From: an uncultured Gammaproteobacteria bacterium
GTDB taxonomy: Bacteria > Patescibacteriota > Patescibacteriia > UBA1558 > GWA2-36-10
Direction of reading: 5' to 3'
Length of the DNA stretch: 51,705 nt
Assembly: GCA_964638415.1 (NCBI GenBank)
Contig: CAZWYP010000001.1
Span: 1-51,705 of the forward strand
How positions within the stretch are numbered: position 1 is the stretch's first letter; each line of letters begins with the position of its first letter. A program made the translations under genes and the position numbers. Positions 21,084 through 31,748 of the stretch are shown here, one piece after another. The notes under the pieces are model-generated. The model had not been told where the DNA came from and made no database searches. It saw only the letters and a program-made list of their open reading frames with translations.

Positions 21084-22055
21084 GTGGCTATTCTAGTGCT
21101 AACAAATAAATGGGATCCTCACTCGGACTCAGTGATTGAACAAATAGAGCACCTGGGCGCTGAGGTGGTTAGAATTAACACTGAAGACATTGGGCAAAAT
21201 AAACTCTCATGGCAGCTAGCTGTTGATGTTCCGCTTATTACAACGCCGGAAAACAGAGTGGTCTCTACCAATAATATCCGTGTTGTATACTTGCGTCGAA
21301 CACCAAAAGTTGCAGTTGCCAACCTTGATTCTAAATACGAGAAGTTTGTCCAATATGAATTTTCGGTTTTTACCGAATCACTGGAGACAACTTTACCCGA
21401 TGTAACTTGGTTTGATCATCCAATCCACAGAAGTTATGCAGACAATAAAATACGACAATTAACCAAAGCTAAGCAGGTTAATCTTGTTGTTCCACCAACA
21501 TTGGTGACAAATGATTTCGAGCAAATCAAAAAATTTATCTCGCTTGGCAAGGTCGTTTACAAAACCTTGTATGCTCCTGTGATTGATTACGGCCAGCAAG
21601 GCACATCTGTTGTCCACACCACACTACTTGATCCCAAACGGTTGATGGAATACGGAGAATTGATTAGCTCCTGTCCGGGAATTTTTCAGTCTTTTGTTGA
21701 AAAAGCTTATGATCTGAGAATTCATTTCATCAACGGGCACATAATACCAATTAAAATTGATTCTCAAAAATTTGAAGAGTCGATAATTGATTGGCGGAAG
21801 GCGAATTTCAGAAAACTGAACTATGAGATTGTGGAAATTCCACAGGATATTAAGACGAAAATCTCAATCTTCATGCAAGAATTGAATTTGCGGCTCGGAA
21901 TATTTGACTTCGCTGTAACAGCAAATGGAGAATATGTTTTTCTGGAGCTAAATCCTGATGGAAATTGGCTATGGATAGATTCGTTTATCAACTACCAAAT
22001 CAGTCAAAAAATTGCTGAACAGCTCGTCTCCTCACATGAGAGAGAAAGGAGGTGA
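21084..22055 (+). CDS. MvdC/MvdD-type ATP-grasp peptide maturase (graspetide synthetase)
   Basis: GTG start after an AAGGAG SD; DNKIRQL..A, PPTLVTND, VVYKTL, IFQSFVEKAYDLRI, DWRK, FLELNPDGNWLW motifs. Confidence 0.9.
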   Translation: MAILVLTNKWDPHSDSVIEQIEHLGAEVVRINTEDIGQNKLSWQLAVDVPLITTPENRVVSTNNIRVVYLRRTPKVAVANLDSKYEKFVQYEFSVFTESLETTLPDVTWFDHPIHRSYADNKIRQLTKAKQVNLVVPPTLVTNDFEQIKKFISLGKVVYKTLYAPVIDYGQQGTSVVHTTLLDPKRLMEYGELISSCPGIFQSFVEKAYDLRIHFINGHIIPIKIDSQKFEESIIDWRKANFRKLNYEIVEIPQDIKTKISIFMQELNLRLGIFDFAVTANGEYVFLELNPDGNWLWIDSFINYQISQKIAEQLVSSHERERR

Positions 22056-22060
22056 TGATA

Positions 22061-22228
22061 ATGATTCTGGAAGTCAAACCACTTGCTTCTTTGTTTGCCA
22101 GTGATCCCAGGCCGCTAATGGATAATTCTCAGGAATATAATCCTGATATCCAAAGGGATCCTGGGTGGCAACAAAGAGCAAACGGTACCGATACTTATAG
22201 GGGTGACACGGAAGATCACGACAAGTAA
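22061..22228 (+). CDS. Putative graspetide precursor peptide, 55 aa (not in the ORF track)
   Basis: MILEVKPLASLFASDPRPLMDNSQEYNPDIQRDPGWQQRANGTDTYRGDTEDHDK; AAGGAGGTG SD overlaps the maturase stop; followed by a terminator. Confidence 0.8.
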   Translation: MILEVKPLASLFASDPRPLMDNSQEYNPDIQRDPGWQQRANGTDTYRGDTEDHDK

Positions 22229-22238
22229 GTAATCGGCC

Positions 22239-22272
22239 TAGGTCCTCAACTAATACGTTGGGGACCTATTTT
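22239..22272 (+). terminator. Terminator of the ATP-grasp/precursor operon
   Basis: TAGGTCCTCAAC-loop-GTTGGGGACCTA-TTTT. Confidence 0.75.
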
Positions 22273-22279
22273 ATTATTT

Positions 22280-22304
22280 AACAACCCTAAAGGTTGTTTT
22301 TTTG
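22280..22304. repeat. 25-bp terminator hairpin, direct repeat copy 2
   Basis: Identical to 20120-20144. Its TTGTTT lies 17 nt before TATAAT (22317-22322), upstream of tRNA-Gly(CCC). Confidence 0.9.
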
Positions 22305-22334
22305 TTATTAGCGCTCTATAATGCCTACTATTAG

Positions 22335-22408
22335 GCGGGATTAGTACATCGGTAGTACGCGTGCTTCCCAAGCATGAGAGGCGAGTTCGACTCTCGTATC
22401 CCGCTCCA
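22335..22408 (+). tRNA. tRNA-Gly(CCC)
   Basis: Cloverleaf; anticodon loop TTCCCAA; encoded CCA. Confidence 0.93.
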
Positions 22409-22522
22409 GATTAATATAATATTATTTGAAATTTCGTATCGGCTTAAAATCCTTAATTTCTAATATAGCTAACTCCATCAAAAAACTACTCTTGGCTGAG
22501 TAGTTTTTAAAATTTATATTTT

Positions 22523-23773
22523 TTAATTTTCAGATGGCCAGATACTGTTAAGATGAATAATGCCCGGTCTCATTCTGTAACCATTACTAACATAAGTGAG
22601 AATAGCTCCATCATCAGGTATTAAAATAATCCGAGCGCGATTAGCAGTAGAGACACCATAAGCAATAACTGAAGTATTGGGACTAATTAAAGTATCGGTT
22701 AACCCAAATTGAGTTGAATTGCCAGGATTAGCATCCATGGTTATATCACCATACAACCTAATATTTTTAGAAGTTCCTCGGCTGACAATAATTGGATTGT
22801 CTAGAGCAAAAGTAGATGTAGCCCTGTCACCAACTGGAGGAGCCGCATTAATTGGTCCTAATGCTACATTACCATCAAATACGGTTAAGTTAGTAGCATT
22901 AGATGAAGAAGCCGCAAATAATATCGCTGTAACACGAATATCTTCTCCTGAATCAGTAGCGTCAAAAGTCCAAGATCCTAATAAAACATCATTGCTACCA
23001 ATAGCTACTTCTCCATCGATTGGCATGCTATCTCTGGTAACAGATAATGAAGCCATCCTTATGGTTTGGGTATTAGTATTAACAATTGTATCCGGAGTAA
23101 TAACAACTTCCCCACCGTTATTATGACCATGGGCAATAATAGCAGTAGCTGGAGTAATTAAGCTGGCATAAATTGTGTCATTATCTAGCCAACCACTATT
23201 ATTCATTAAATCACCAACAACTTTAATCACTGTTTCTCCAACCGGTAAAGTAAAGTTATCCTCAAAATGCACTGTTAAAGTATCATGGCTTAAATTTGTT
23301 GGTCCAGCTAAACTAACACCCGTAAAAGCATCTACTAGCCTAACTGATTGTAAGGCACCTTCAATGGTTGTGCTAGAAGTAGAAGCAATACTTAGAGTTA
23401 AGTTTGTAATATCAACCGCTTCATTTTCTACTGTAATTTTAAAACCGCCCAGAACTTGATTATAGCCTACGGTAATATTTTCTGCACCTAATATATTACT
23501 TCTTTCAACTATCAAATTAGTAGTAGATGTTGGGGTCTCTAATAAACTTTCTAAATAAGCAACCCTATTTTCTAAGGCTATAAATCTAGCCTCATCCCAG
23601 CCTTCACCGGGCGGTCCAGGTATTAATTCTATATTATCGATCTGCCGTTGAAGACCATTGATAGCATCCCACAGTTCCTGAAATGGATGACCATTAGATG
23701 CGGAAACAAAATTAACAGCTACCAATAAGACTATAGCAGTAGTTATTATTACTAATTTCCTCATAATTTCCAT
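22523..23773 (-). CDS. Secreted surface/S-layer-like protein with a short coiled coil/GPP neck and beta-sandwich repeats
   Basis: Signal peptide; LQRQIDNIELIPGPPG; Thr/Asn-rich repeats of the LGxF..T....E.V.(I/V)T.L type. Confidence 0.7.
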   Translation of the reverse strand: MEIMRKLVIITTAIVLLVAVNFVSASNGHPFQELWDAINGLQRQIDNIELIPGPPGEGWDEARFIALENRVAYLESLLETPTSTTNLIVERSNILGAENITVGYNQVLGGFKITVENEAVDITNLTLSIASTSSTTIEGALQSVRLVDAFTGVSLAGPTNLSHDTLTVHFEDNFTLPVGETVIKVVGDLMNNSGWLDNDTIYASLITPATAIIAHGHNNGGEVVITPDTIVNTNTQTIRMASLSVTRDSMPIDGEVAIGSNDVLLGSWTFDATDSGEDIRVTAILFAASSSNATNLTVFDGNVALGPINAAPPVGDRATSTFALDNPIIVSRGTSKNIRLYGDITMDANPGNSTQFGLTDTLISPNTSVIAYGVSTANRARIILIPDDGAILTYVSNGYRMRPGIIHLNSIWPSEN

Positions 23774-23948
23774 TTAATAATTACATTTTCAAACTACCAC
23801 CAAAAGAATAAATAGTCAAAGTCACATAATATCACTTAAAAATTTTTTTGGTATATTAAGTATAGCCTTATAAAATCATTTTTCCTGCACCTTTAAAACG
23901 GATAATATATTTAATTAAATTTTCTAAAATCTGCATAACTAACTCCAC

Positions 23949-23977
23949 AAAAAACCACCCCCTAAAGGGTGGTTTTT
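23949..23977 (-). terminator. Terminator after the 16S gene
   Basis: AAAAAACCACCC-loop-GGGTGGTTTTT. Confidence 0.8.
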
Positions 23978-24086
23978 CTATTTAACAACTTTAAAGTGAC
24001 CATTTTCTAACCGGTGGTATATTCTCCCGAAAGAGAATATTCGACTAATTGTGATGGCCTAGCTGGCCATCAACACCTACTCCTTA

Positions 24087-25572
<1,486 letters not shown>

Positions 25573-25872
25573 AAATTTGAAAATTAAATCTATATATAAA
25601 AATTTGTTCCGGCTAAAAAACGGATCACTTTGAAATTGTTAAAAAATTGATGAATTGACTTCTCGTTTCGCTCTATCCACTGACTGCATGTCGTGGTACG
25701 AATACGAGATAATCTTGACTAATTGGTCTATATTGTCAAAAAACATTTTCTCTTAAACTGGTAAAAATAGTTCAAGAAAAAACAGCAATGTCCAATCTAG
25801 ACACTTCTGCCTTTCCTTGAAAGCAACTCTAACCTAATTTTTAATCAGCTACATAGTTTTATATGCTCCAAT

Positions 25873-25901
25873 ATATTAGGGCATTTTTAGAAAGTTGTCA
25901 A
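25873..25901 (-). promoter_or_regulatory. Promoter for the stand-alone 16S gene
   Basis: TTGACA-17-TAATAT just past the trmD stop. Confidence 0.7.
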
Positions 25902-25905
25902 GAGA

Positions 25906-26574
25906 CTACTTTCTATTCCGAGTCTGTGCTGATCGCCACCCGGCAATTTCCTTATGATGCCCGGAAAGCAGTATTTTAGGGACTGACAGTCCCTTAAAGA
26001 CCTCTGGCCTGGTATATTGCGGATATTCTATGTTAAATTCCTTAGTTTTAGAGTTAAACTGGGAAAAAGACTCTTCGGCTAAAGACTCTTGTTTTCCTAA
26101 GACCTTGGGTATTAACCTAGACACTGAATCCACTACGCAGGCGGCTGCCAATTCCCCGCCAGTTAAGATGAAGTTGCCCAAGGATATTTTCTCGTCAACA
26201 AAATGATCTATCCGGGCATCAATAGCTTCATAGTGCCCAGCGATTAAAATCAGCCTTTTGTACTTGGCTAATTCTTTGACTTTATTCTGGGTAAGAGTTT
26301 CTCCCCGAGGAGTAAGTAAAATAACTCTAGTTGACTTACTCTTCCGAGGATATACTTTTTTTAAAGTTTTATATACCGGTTCAATTTGCAAAACCATGCC
26401 CGGTCCGCCGCCATAAGGCGTATCATCTACAGTCTTTCTTTTGTCAGTAGCTGATGAGCGGATATCATGGGTATTAATTTCAATTAATTTATTTTTCTGA
26501 GCCCGCCCTAAAATGGACTCGGAAAAATAGGAGTCCAGCATTTTAGGAAAAATAGTGAGGATATCAAATTTCAT
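25906..26574 (-). CDS. trmD: tRNA (guanine37-N1)-methyltransferase
   Basis: VDDTPYGGGPGM, GHYEAID, ISLGNFILTGGE, EYPQYTRP motifs. Confidence 0.97.
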   Translation of the reverse strand: MKFDILTIFPKMLDSYFSESILGRAQKNKLIEINTHDIRSSATDKRKTVDDTPYGGGPGMVLQIEPVYKTLKKVYPRKSKSTRVILLTPRGETLTQNKVKELAKYKRLILIAGHYEAIDARIDHFVDEKISLGNFILTGGELAAACVVDSVSRLIPKVLGKQESLAEESFSQFNSKTKEFNIEYPQYTRPEVFKGLSVPKILLSGHHKEIAGWRSAQTRNRK

Positions 26575-26661
26575 AATTAAATTCTAACACAATGTTTTAA
26601 GAAACAAAAACCCCTAAACTTTGCGGTCTGGGGGTTTTTGATTTTATAAAAGATTTATATT

Positions 26662-26961
26662 CTATAATGATAAATCATCATCTTCTTGAGCTGGTCGGGG
26701 AGCATGAGATCTTGCACCTTCCGGTTCAAAAATCTTCAAGTTCACTCGGGAATTGTTCATATTGCCAACAATTCTCAACAGCGTGCGTAAAGCTTTGGCG
26801 GTTTGGCCTTGCTTACCGATAATCTTTCCCATATCGGCTGGGTTGACCTTCAAGGTCAAAAGTACGCCGCGCTCGTCGATGTTTCTCTCAACGACAACGT
26901 CATTGGGATTTTCGACTAAGGCTTTGACAACCATTTCTAAGAACTCTTTGTCTTCCATCAT
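26662..26961 (-). CDS. khpA: KH-domain RNA-binding protein
   Basis: DMGKIIGKQGQTAKALR; adjacent to rpsP. Confidence 0.92.
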   Translation of the reverse strand: MMEDKEFLEMVVKALVENPNDVVVERNIDERGVLLTLKVNPADMGKIIGKQGQTAKALRTLLRIVGNMNNSRVNLKIFEPEGARSHAPRPAQEDDDLSL

Positions 26962-27068
26962 TTCTTTATGTGGTTAATAATCTTTTAATTAACTATTCTG
27001 GCAACCAGAATACTATAGCAGAGTATAAAACATTTAGCTGATTTTGTCAATTGAAGGTGTAATAAAAA

Positions 27069-27455
27069 TTATTTTTGCTCTTCAGTAGTTTCGGCTTGAG
27101 CAACAACTGGTTCAACCGGTGCTTCTGCCTCTACTGGCTTCTCTTCTACCGGCTTTGGTTTTTTGGCATCCAATTTAGTCTGGCGCTTTTTACTGATGCT
27201 AATTGGCTTCACTTTATCTTCCTTGATTATTCCCTGTTTCACCAATAAATTATGGACAGTATCGGAAGTTTGGGCGCCAACTGACAACCAATACTTAATT
27301 CTATCCTCTTTCAAAGTTATTTCTTTGTTATGGGGATTATAGTTGCCTAAATTCTCTAAATGATCACCGTACATATCTTTGGAATTGTCGGAAACCATCA
27401 GGCGATAAAAAGGCTTTTTGCGTTTGCCTACTCTGGCTAATCTTAATTTTAACAT
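27069..27455 (-). CDS. rpsP: 30S ribosomal protein S16
   Basis: MLKLRLARVGKRKKPFYR...LGNYNP...YWLSVGAQTSDTV. Confidence 0.97.
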   Translation of the reverse strand: MLKLRLARVGKRKKPFYRLMVSDNSKDMYGDHLENLGNYNPHNKEITLKEDRIKYWLSVGAQTSDTVHNLLVKQGIIKEDKVKPISISKKRQTKLDAKKPKPVEEKPVEAEAPVEPVVAQAETTEEQK

Positions 27456-27612
27456 TTTTGCTCTTTAATCTAGTTTATTAATAATGAGCACTTAAAAATC
27501 CGTGATGGCCTTTATGCTACTATATTAACTGCTTTGTGTCAAGGGTTTCATTTATCTATATATTGTCTTTAAAAATAAAAAGATTATAATTAGAGCATTA
27601 ATATAATAGCTT

Positions 27613-28449
27613 ATGGAAAAAGACTTGCTAATTGGTTTTATTGGCCAAGGATATATCGGCAAAAACTATGCCGATGACTTAGAAAAAAGGAATTATAAAG
27701 TACTGCGCTACAGCAAAGAGCAGTATGCAGACAACAAAGAAAAGATTAAAGATTGTGATCTGGTCTTTATCGCTGTTCCTACCCCTACCACTCCCCATGG
27801 TTTTGACTATACTACTTTGCAGGAAGTATTAAGCTTAGTAGGCGAAGGAAAGACTGCTGTTATTAAATCTACTATTCAAGTAGGAACGGGCAGGAAACTG
27901 CAGGAGCTTTATCCTAAGATTACTATTGTGCATTCACCAGAATTTCTTTCGGAAAAAACGGCAGCTGAAGATGCCAGTAATCCCAAGAGGAATATTATTG
28001 GCATCATGGATGTTAATAATCCAGAGCTGCAAGCTAAGGCTAAATTAATTTTAAGCGTATTGCCTAAAGCTCCTTATGAGCTAATTACTCAAATAGAAAA
28101 TGCTGAACTTATTAAATACGCCAACAACTGCTTCTTTTACTTCAAAGTAATTTTCATGAATATTCTTTATGATTTGGCCAATAAGACTAAAGTGGATTAT
28201 GAAGTGCTTAAGGAGGCGATGGCTCATGAACCGTGGATAGGTAATATGCATTTGGAGGTTATGCATAAGAGCGGGCGTGGTGCCGGTGGGCATTGCTTCA
28301 TTAAAGACTTTGAAGCCTTTATTGAAATGTTGGATAAGCAAAATCTGGAAGAGCAGAAAAAAACTTGTGAAGCTTTGCGAAATATTAATCTACAGTATCT
28401 AAAATCTACCAACAAAGACCAAGATCTAGTAAAAGAAATTTACGGCTAA
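27613..28449 (+). CDS. UDP-glucose/GDP-mannose dehydrogenase family, short form
   Basis: GQGYIG, FIAVPTP, IKST, SPEFLSE, AELIKY, GGHCFIKD motifs. Confidence 0.85.
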   Translation: MEKDLLIGFIGQGYIGKNYADDLEKRNYKVLRYSKEQYADNKEKIKDCDLVFIAVPTPTTPHGFDYTTLQEVLSLVGEGKTAVIKSTIQVGTGRKLQELYPKITIVHSPEFLSEKTAAEDASNPKRNIIGIMDVNNPELQAKAKLILSVLPKAPYELITQIENAELIKYANNCFFYFKVIFMNILYDLANKTKVDYEVLKEAMAHEPWIGNMHLEVMHKSGRGAGGHCFIKDFEAFIEMLDKQNLEEQKKTCEALRNINLQYLKSTNKDQDLVKEIYG

Positions 28450-28557
28450 ACAAATCCCCGCCTAGTAGCGGGGATTGTTATTTGACGAAAAAATAAAGAT
28501 GTTATAGTTTAAAAATAATTGAGACGTTCATTAACCAAATAGTAAAGGGGTCTAAAA

Positions 28558-28971
28558 ATGACTCGCTTAACAGCCTTGGAGATAATCACTAATCCGCGTG
28601 ACATCCACATCATTGTCGGTGAAAAAGATAGTAAATTTGGTTTTGCCATCATGCGTGGGCCGGGCCATGGCTACAAGTTGTTACTTGATACCGATGGGCA
28701 TCCGTTTGAAACCAAACAAACAGCAATTGAATGCATCAGCTCATTGCTGAAAGCGGCCTGGGACGACACCAGTAAACAATTAGTTGATCCGAAATCTCCG
28801 ACTGGCAGCATAGTCAACGCCGACCAACTATCGCTCACTGAGATGTGTTTGTTAAACCCAGGATGTTTTAGCAAGATCACTGAAAGTCTAACCGCAACTG
28901 GCGTGGTTAATACTTGGGAGTTGTTTATAAAAGACGACCCCTTGCTCCGTCCTACGGCAGAAGCAGCCTAA
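28558..28971 (+). CDS. Hypothetical protein, 137 aa, with its own promoter and terminator
   Basis: AAGGGG SD; flanked by hairpins near 28452 and 28980. Confidence 0.7.
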   Translation: MTRLTALEIITNPRDIHIIVGEKDSKFGFAIMRGPGHGYKLLLDTDGHPFETKQTAIECISSLLKAAWDDTSKQLVDPKSPTGSIVNADQLSLTEMCLLNPGCFSKITESLTATGVVNTWELFIKDDPLLRPTAEAA

Positions 28972-29029
28972 AATCATAAAGCCCCGGTCACGTTTTTACG
29001 TAACCGGGGCTTATTTGTTATTTTAAACT

Positions 29030-31621
29030 TTAAGCAGCTATTTCATCTGCCTGTTCAAAATTCATAGACAGTAGGCTGGATACTCCATCATCACCCATGG
29101 TCACACCGTAAATTATCTTAGCTTGGTGCATGGTAGCTCGGTTATGCGTCACCGCAATAAACTGGGTTTTGTCTGACAGCTCTTCTAAGATTTCTGCCAA
29201 CCTAATGGAGTTGGCTTCATCTAAAGCCGCATCCACTTCATCCAAGAAAATAAACGGAGAAGGGTTGTTGGCAATAATAGCGCAGATCAAGGCAATGGAA
29301 GTCATGGCTTTTTCACCGCCGGACAGCATATTAATGGAAGCTAATTTCTTACCGGGCGGTGTAGCCATAATTTCAATTCCATACTCTTTCTTAGTTTTTA
29401 CCGCTGGCTTCTCTTTAGCTTCCTCTTCTTCATCATCCTCATCATCTTCATCATAATCTTCTTCCGCTTCCTGCTTATCTAACGGCACTTCTTTTATTTC
29501 CAAGGTTAATTGGGCTTTACCACCATTAAACAACTGCTTGAAATATTTGCTAAACAGCTGGTTAATATTCTTAAAGGCCTCGTTAAACTGCTCGGAAATT
29601 GCTTCATCTAAGTCTTTAATAACCTTTTCCAAATGGGAAATCGCTTCTGTTAAATCTCCGCTCTGCTTGCTTAAGAATTCATAGCGATCATTAACCTCCT
29701 GGTATTCGGCTAACACTCCTTCATCAATACCGCCAATTAAGCTTAATTGCTGCTTCAATCTTTGAATCTGCTCTCTGGTAGCTTCTACATCCAAACTCTT
29801 AACTTCCATAACCTGTAAATCCTTAATCTCCTCGCTTATTTCTTTATTCAATTCCTCTTGCCTAGTTTCCAAACGGGCCAATTCCACCTTGATCTCATTT
29901 AAAATATTATTCTTCAGGTTGAAGTTATACTGAATTTCCCGAAAACTTTTCTGGTCAGCTACCAAGGAAGATTTTTTTGCTTCTTCTGCCTGGTTAAAAT
30001 CCTTGATCTCTTCCGTAATTTTTTCCAACTCTTTCTCCTTAAGGGAAATCTTCTGCTCTAATACTTTTACCTGCTGGGCAATTTCTCCACTAGCAGCCTG
30101 CGCCGTCAAAGCTTTTAAATCCAGCTCTACCTTGGCTATTTCTTCCTGGTTTTTCTTAATCTGCTGGTTAAAATTCTCCGCTTCTTTGCTAAGCAGCATG
30201 ACCTTGGTTTTTGCTTCATTGACTTCGGCTACCAAAGTATCTTTACTAACCAACAACTTATTGAATTCCAGCTGCCAGTCTAACTTAGCCGCGGCCGTAG
30301 CCTGCTTCGCCTTATTATATAACTCACTAATCTGCTGGCTTAAGTTCTGCCAGGCAGTTTTTACTTTCGGCAATTCCGCCAAATCCGCTAAACTCTCCAG
30401 CTCTTGCCAGATTTTATCCTGCTTGGAAATAATAGTAGCCAGGTCTTCGGCAAAATCCTTAATGGTAATTTCCTTGGCTTGGTTCTGCAACTGGTCTTCC
30501 AAGACTTTAAAATCTGCTAAAACCGCTGCTTGTTTTTCTTCCAAATTTTTTAGAGCTACTTGCTTGTCCTGCAAATCCTTATTCACCTGACTTAAAGACA
30601 ATTGGTGGCTATTAATTTCATTCTGCAAGGTCTGTAAGCGGTTCTTCAGCCAAACTGTATCTACTTTGCCGGCAGACATTAATTGCAGGTCGGCCTTGCC
30701 TTCCAAAACGGTTTTTTCCTTGAGCAAGACATTAAGCTCATCCTGAAGATTACTTAACTTTTTCTGCAGGCTCTGGAAATTGTCATGGCGAGTAGAGCTG
30801 CGTTCGCTTTGGTCTAATTTGGTTTGTAAATCAATTAGCTGCTGGTTAAGAGCGGAAACCTCTGCCTGGGATTTTTTAAACTCTCCCTGCTTAGCGGCCA
30901 AATCCTTATTTAAATTATTACTTAAAAAACTGTAGTAGCTGGTCTGCAATTCCTGCAATTCTTTTTCCGACTGCTCCCGGCGCTCTAAACGCTTAACTTG
31001 GCGAGTTAAGCTTTTAACTCTGGGCTCTAGTTCTGCTAAAATCTGGCCGGTCTGTGCTAAATTAACCTTGGCATTGTCTAACTTATGAATCGCCTGCTCT
31101 TTTTTAATCTGAAACTGCCTGACGCCGGTGGCTTCATCAAAAAACTCTTTGCGCTCTGCCGCATTGGTGGTTAAGATTGAATCCACCATTCCCTGTCCAA
31201 TAATACTATATGTTTTCTGGCCGAATTTAGCTTTAGCAAGTAGAAGTTGCACATCTAATAGCCTGACTTTGTTGTTGTTAATTAAGTATTCGCTCTCACC
31301 CTTGCGGTCAATTCTCCTGGAGACAATAATCTGGTCATAGTCTACTTCAGCTAAGCGGTCGGCATTATTTAAATGCAGACTGACCTCGGCAAAACCCAAG
31401 CGGGATTTTTTGTCCGAACCAGCAAAAATTACATCATCCGCTTTTTTGCCGCGCAAAGTCTTAATTGACTGCTCGCCCAAAACCCAACGAACGGCATCGG
31501 TAATATTAGACTTGCCGGAGCCATTAGGACCAACTACTGCTGTCAGCTGACGATTAAAAACCAAGGTGGTAGGATTGGCAAAAGATTTAAAGCCGTGAAT
31601 TTCTAATTTCTCTAAATACAT
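29030..31621 (-). CDS. smc: SMC-family ATPase, short (863 aa)
   Basis: Walker A GPNGSGKSN, Q-loop IIGQG, signature LSGGEK, Walker B FIFLDEVDAALD, THN; long coiled coils. Confidence 0.93.
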   Translation of the reverse strand: MYLEKLEIHGFKSFANPTTLVFNRQLTAVVGPNGSGKSNITDAVRWVLGEQSIKTLRGKKADDVIFAGSDKKSRLGFAEVSLHLNNADRLAEVDYDQIIVSRRIDRKGESEYLINNNKVRLLDVQLLLAKAKFGQKTYSIIGQGMVDSILTTNAAERKEFFDEATGVRQFQIKKEQAIHKLDNAKVNLAQTGQILAELEPRVKSLTRQVKRLERREQSEKELQELQTSYYSFLSNNLNKDLAAKQGEFKKSQAEVSALNQQLIDLQTKLDQSERSSTRHDNFQSLQKKLSNLQDELNVLLKEKTVLEGKADLQLMSAGKVDTVWLKNRLQTLQNEINSHQLSLSQVNKDLQDKQVALKNLEEKQAAVLADFKVLEDQLQNQAKEITIKDFAEDLATIISKQDKIWQELESLADLAELPKVKTAWQNLSQQISELYNKAKQATAAAKLDWQLEFNKLLVSKDTLVAEVNEAKTKVMLLSKEAENFNQQIKKNQEEIAKVELDLKALTAQAASGEIAQQVKVLEQKISLKEKELEKITEEIKDFNQAEEAKKSSLVADQKSFREIQYNFNLKNNILNEIKVELARLETRQEELNKEISEEIKDLQVMEVKSLDVEATREQIQRLKQQLSLIGGIDEGVLAEYQEVNDRYEFLSKQSGDLTEAISHLEKVIKDLDEAISEQFNEAFKNINQLFSKYFKQLFNGGKAQLTLEIKEVPLDKQEAEEDYDEDDEDDEEEEAKEKPAVKTKKEYGIEIMATPPGKKLASINMLSGGEKAMTSIALICAIIANNPSPFIFLDEVDAALDEANSIRLAEILEELSDKTQFIAVTHNRATMHQAKIIYGVTMGDDGVSSLLSMNFEQADEIAA

Positions 31622-31748
31622 AAAATAAAAATACCGCGAAGGGTCGTTAAAAACAATAATATTGTAGCATATTAGCGGTAAAAATAGAATAAGAAAAACC
31701 CGCCAAAGAAAATCTCTGGCGGGATATTGTAGTCAGTAAAGACTGCGG

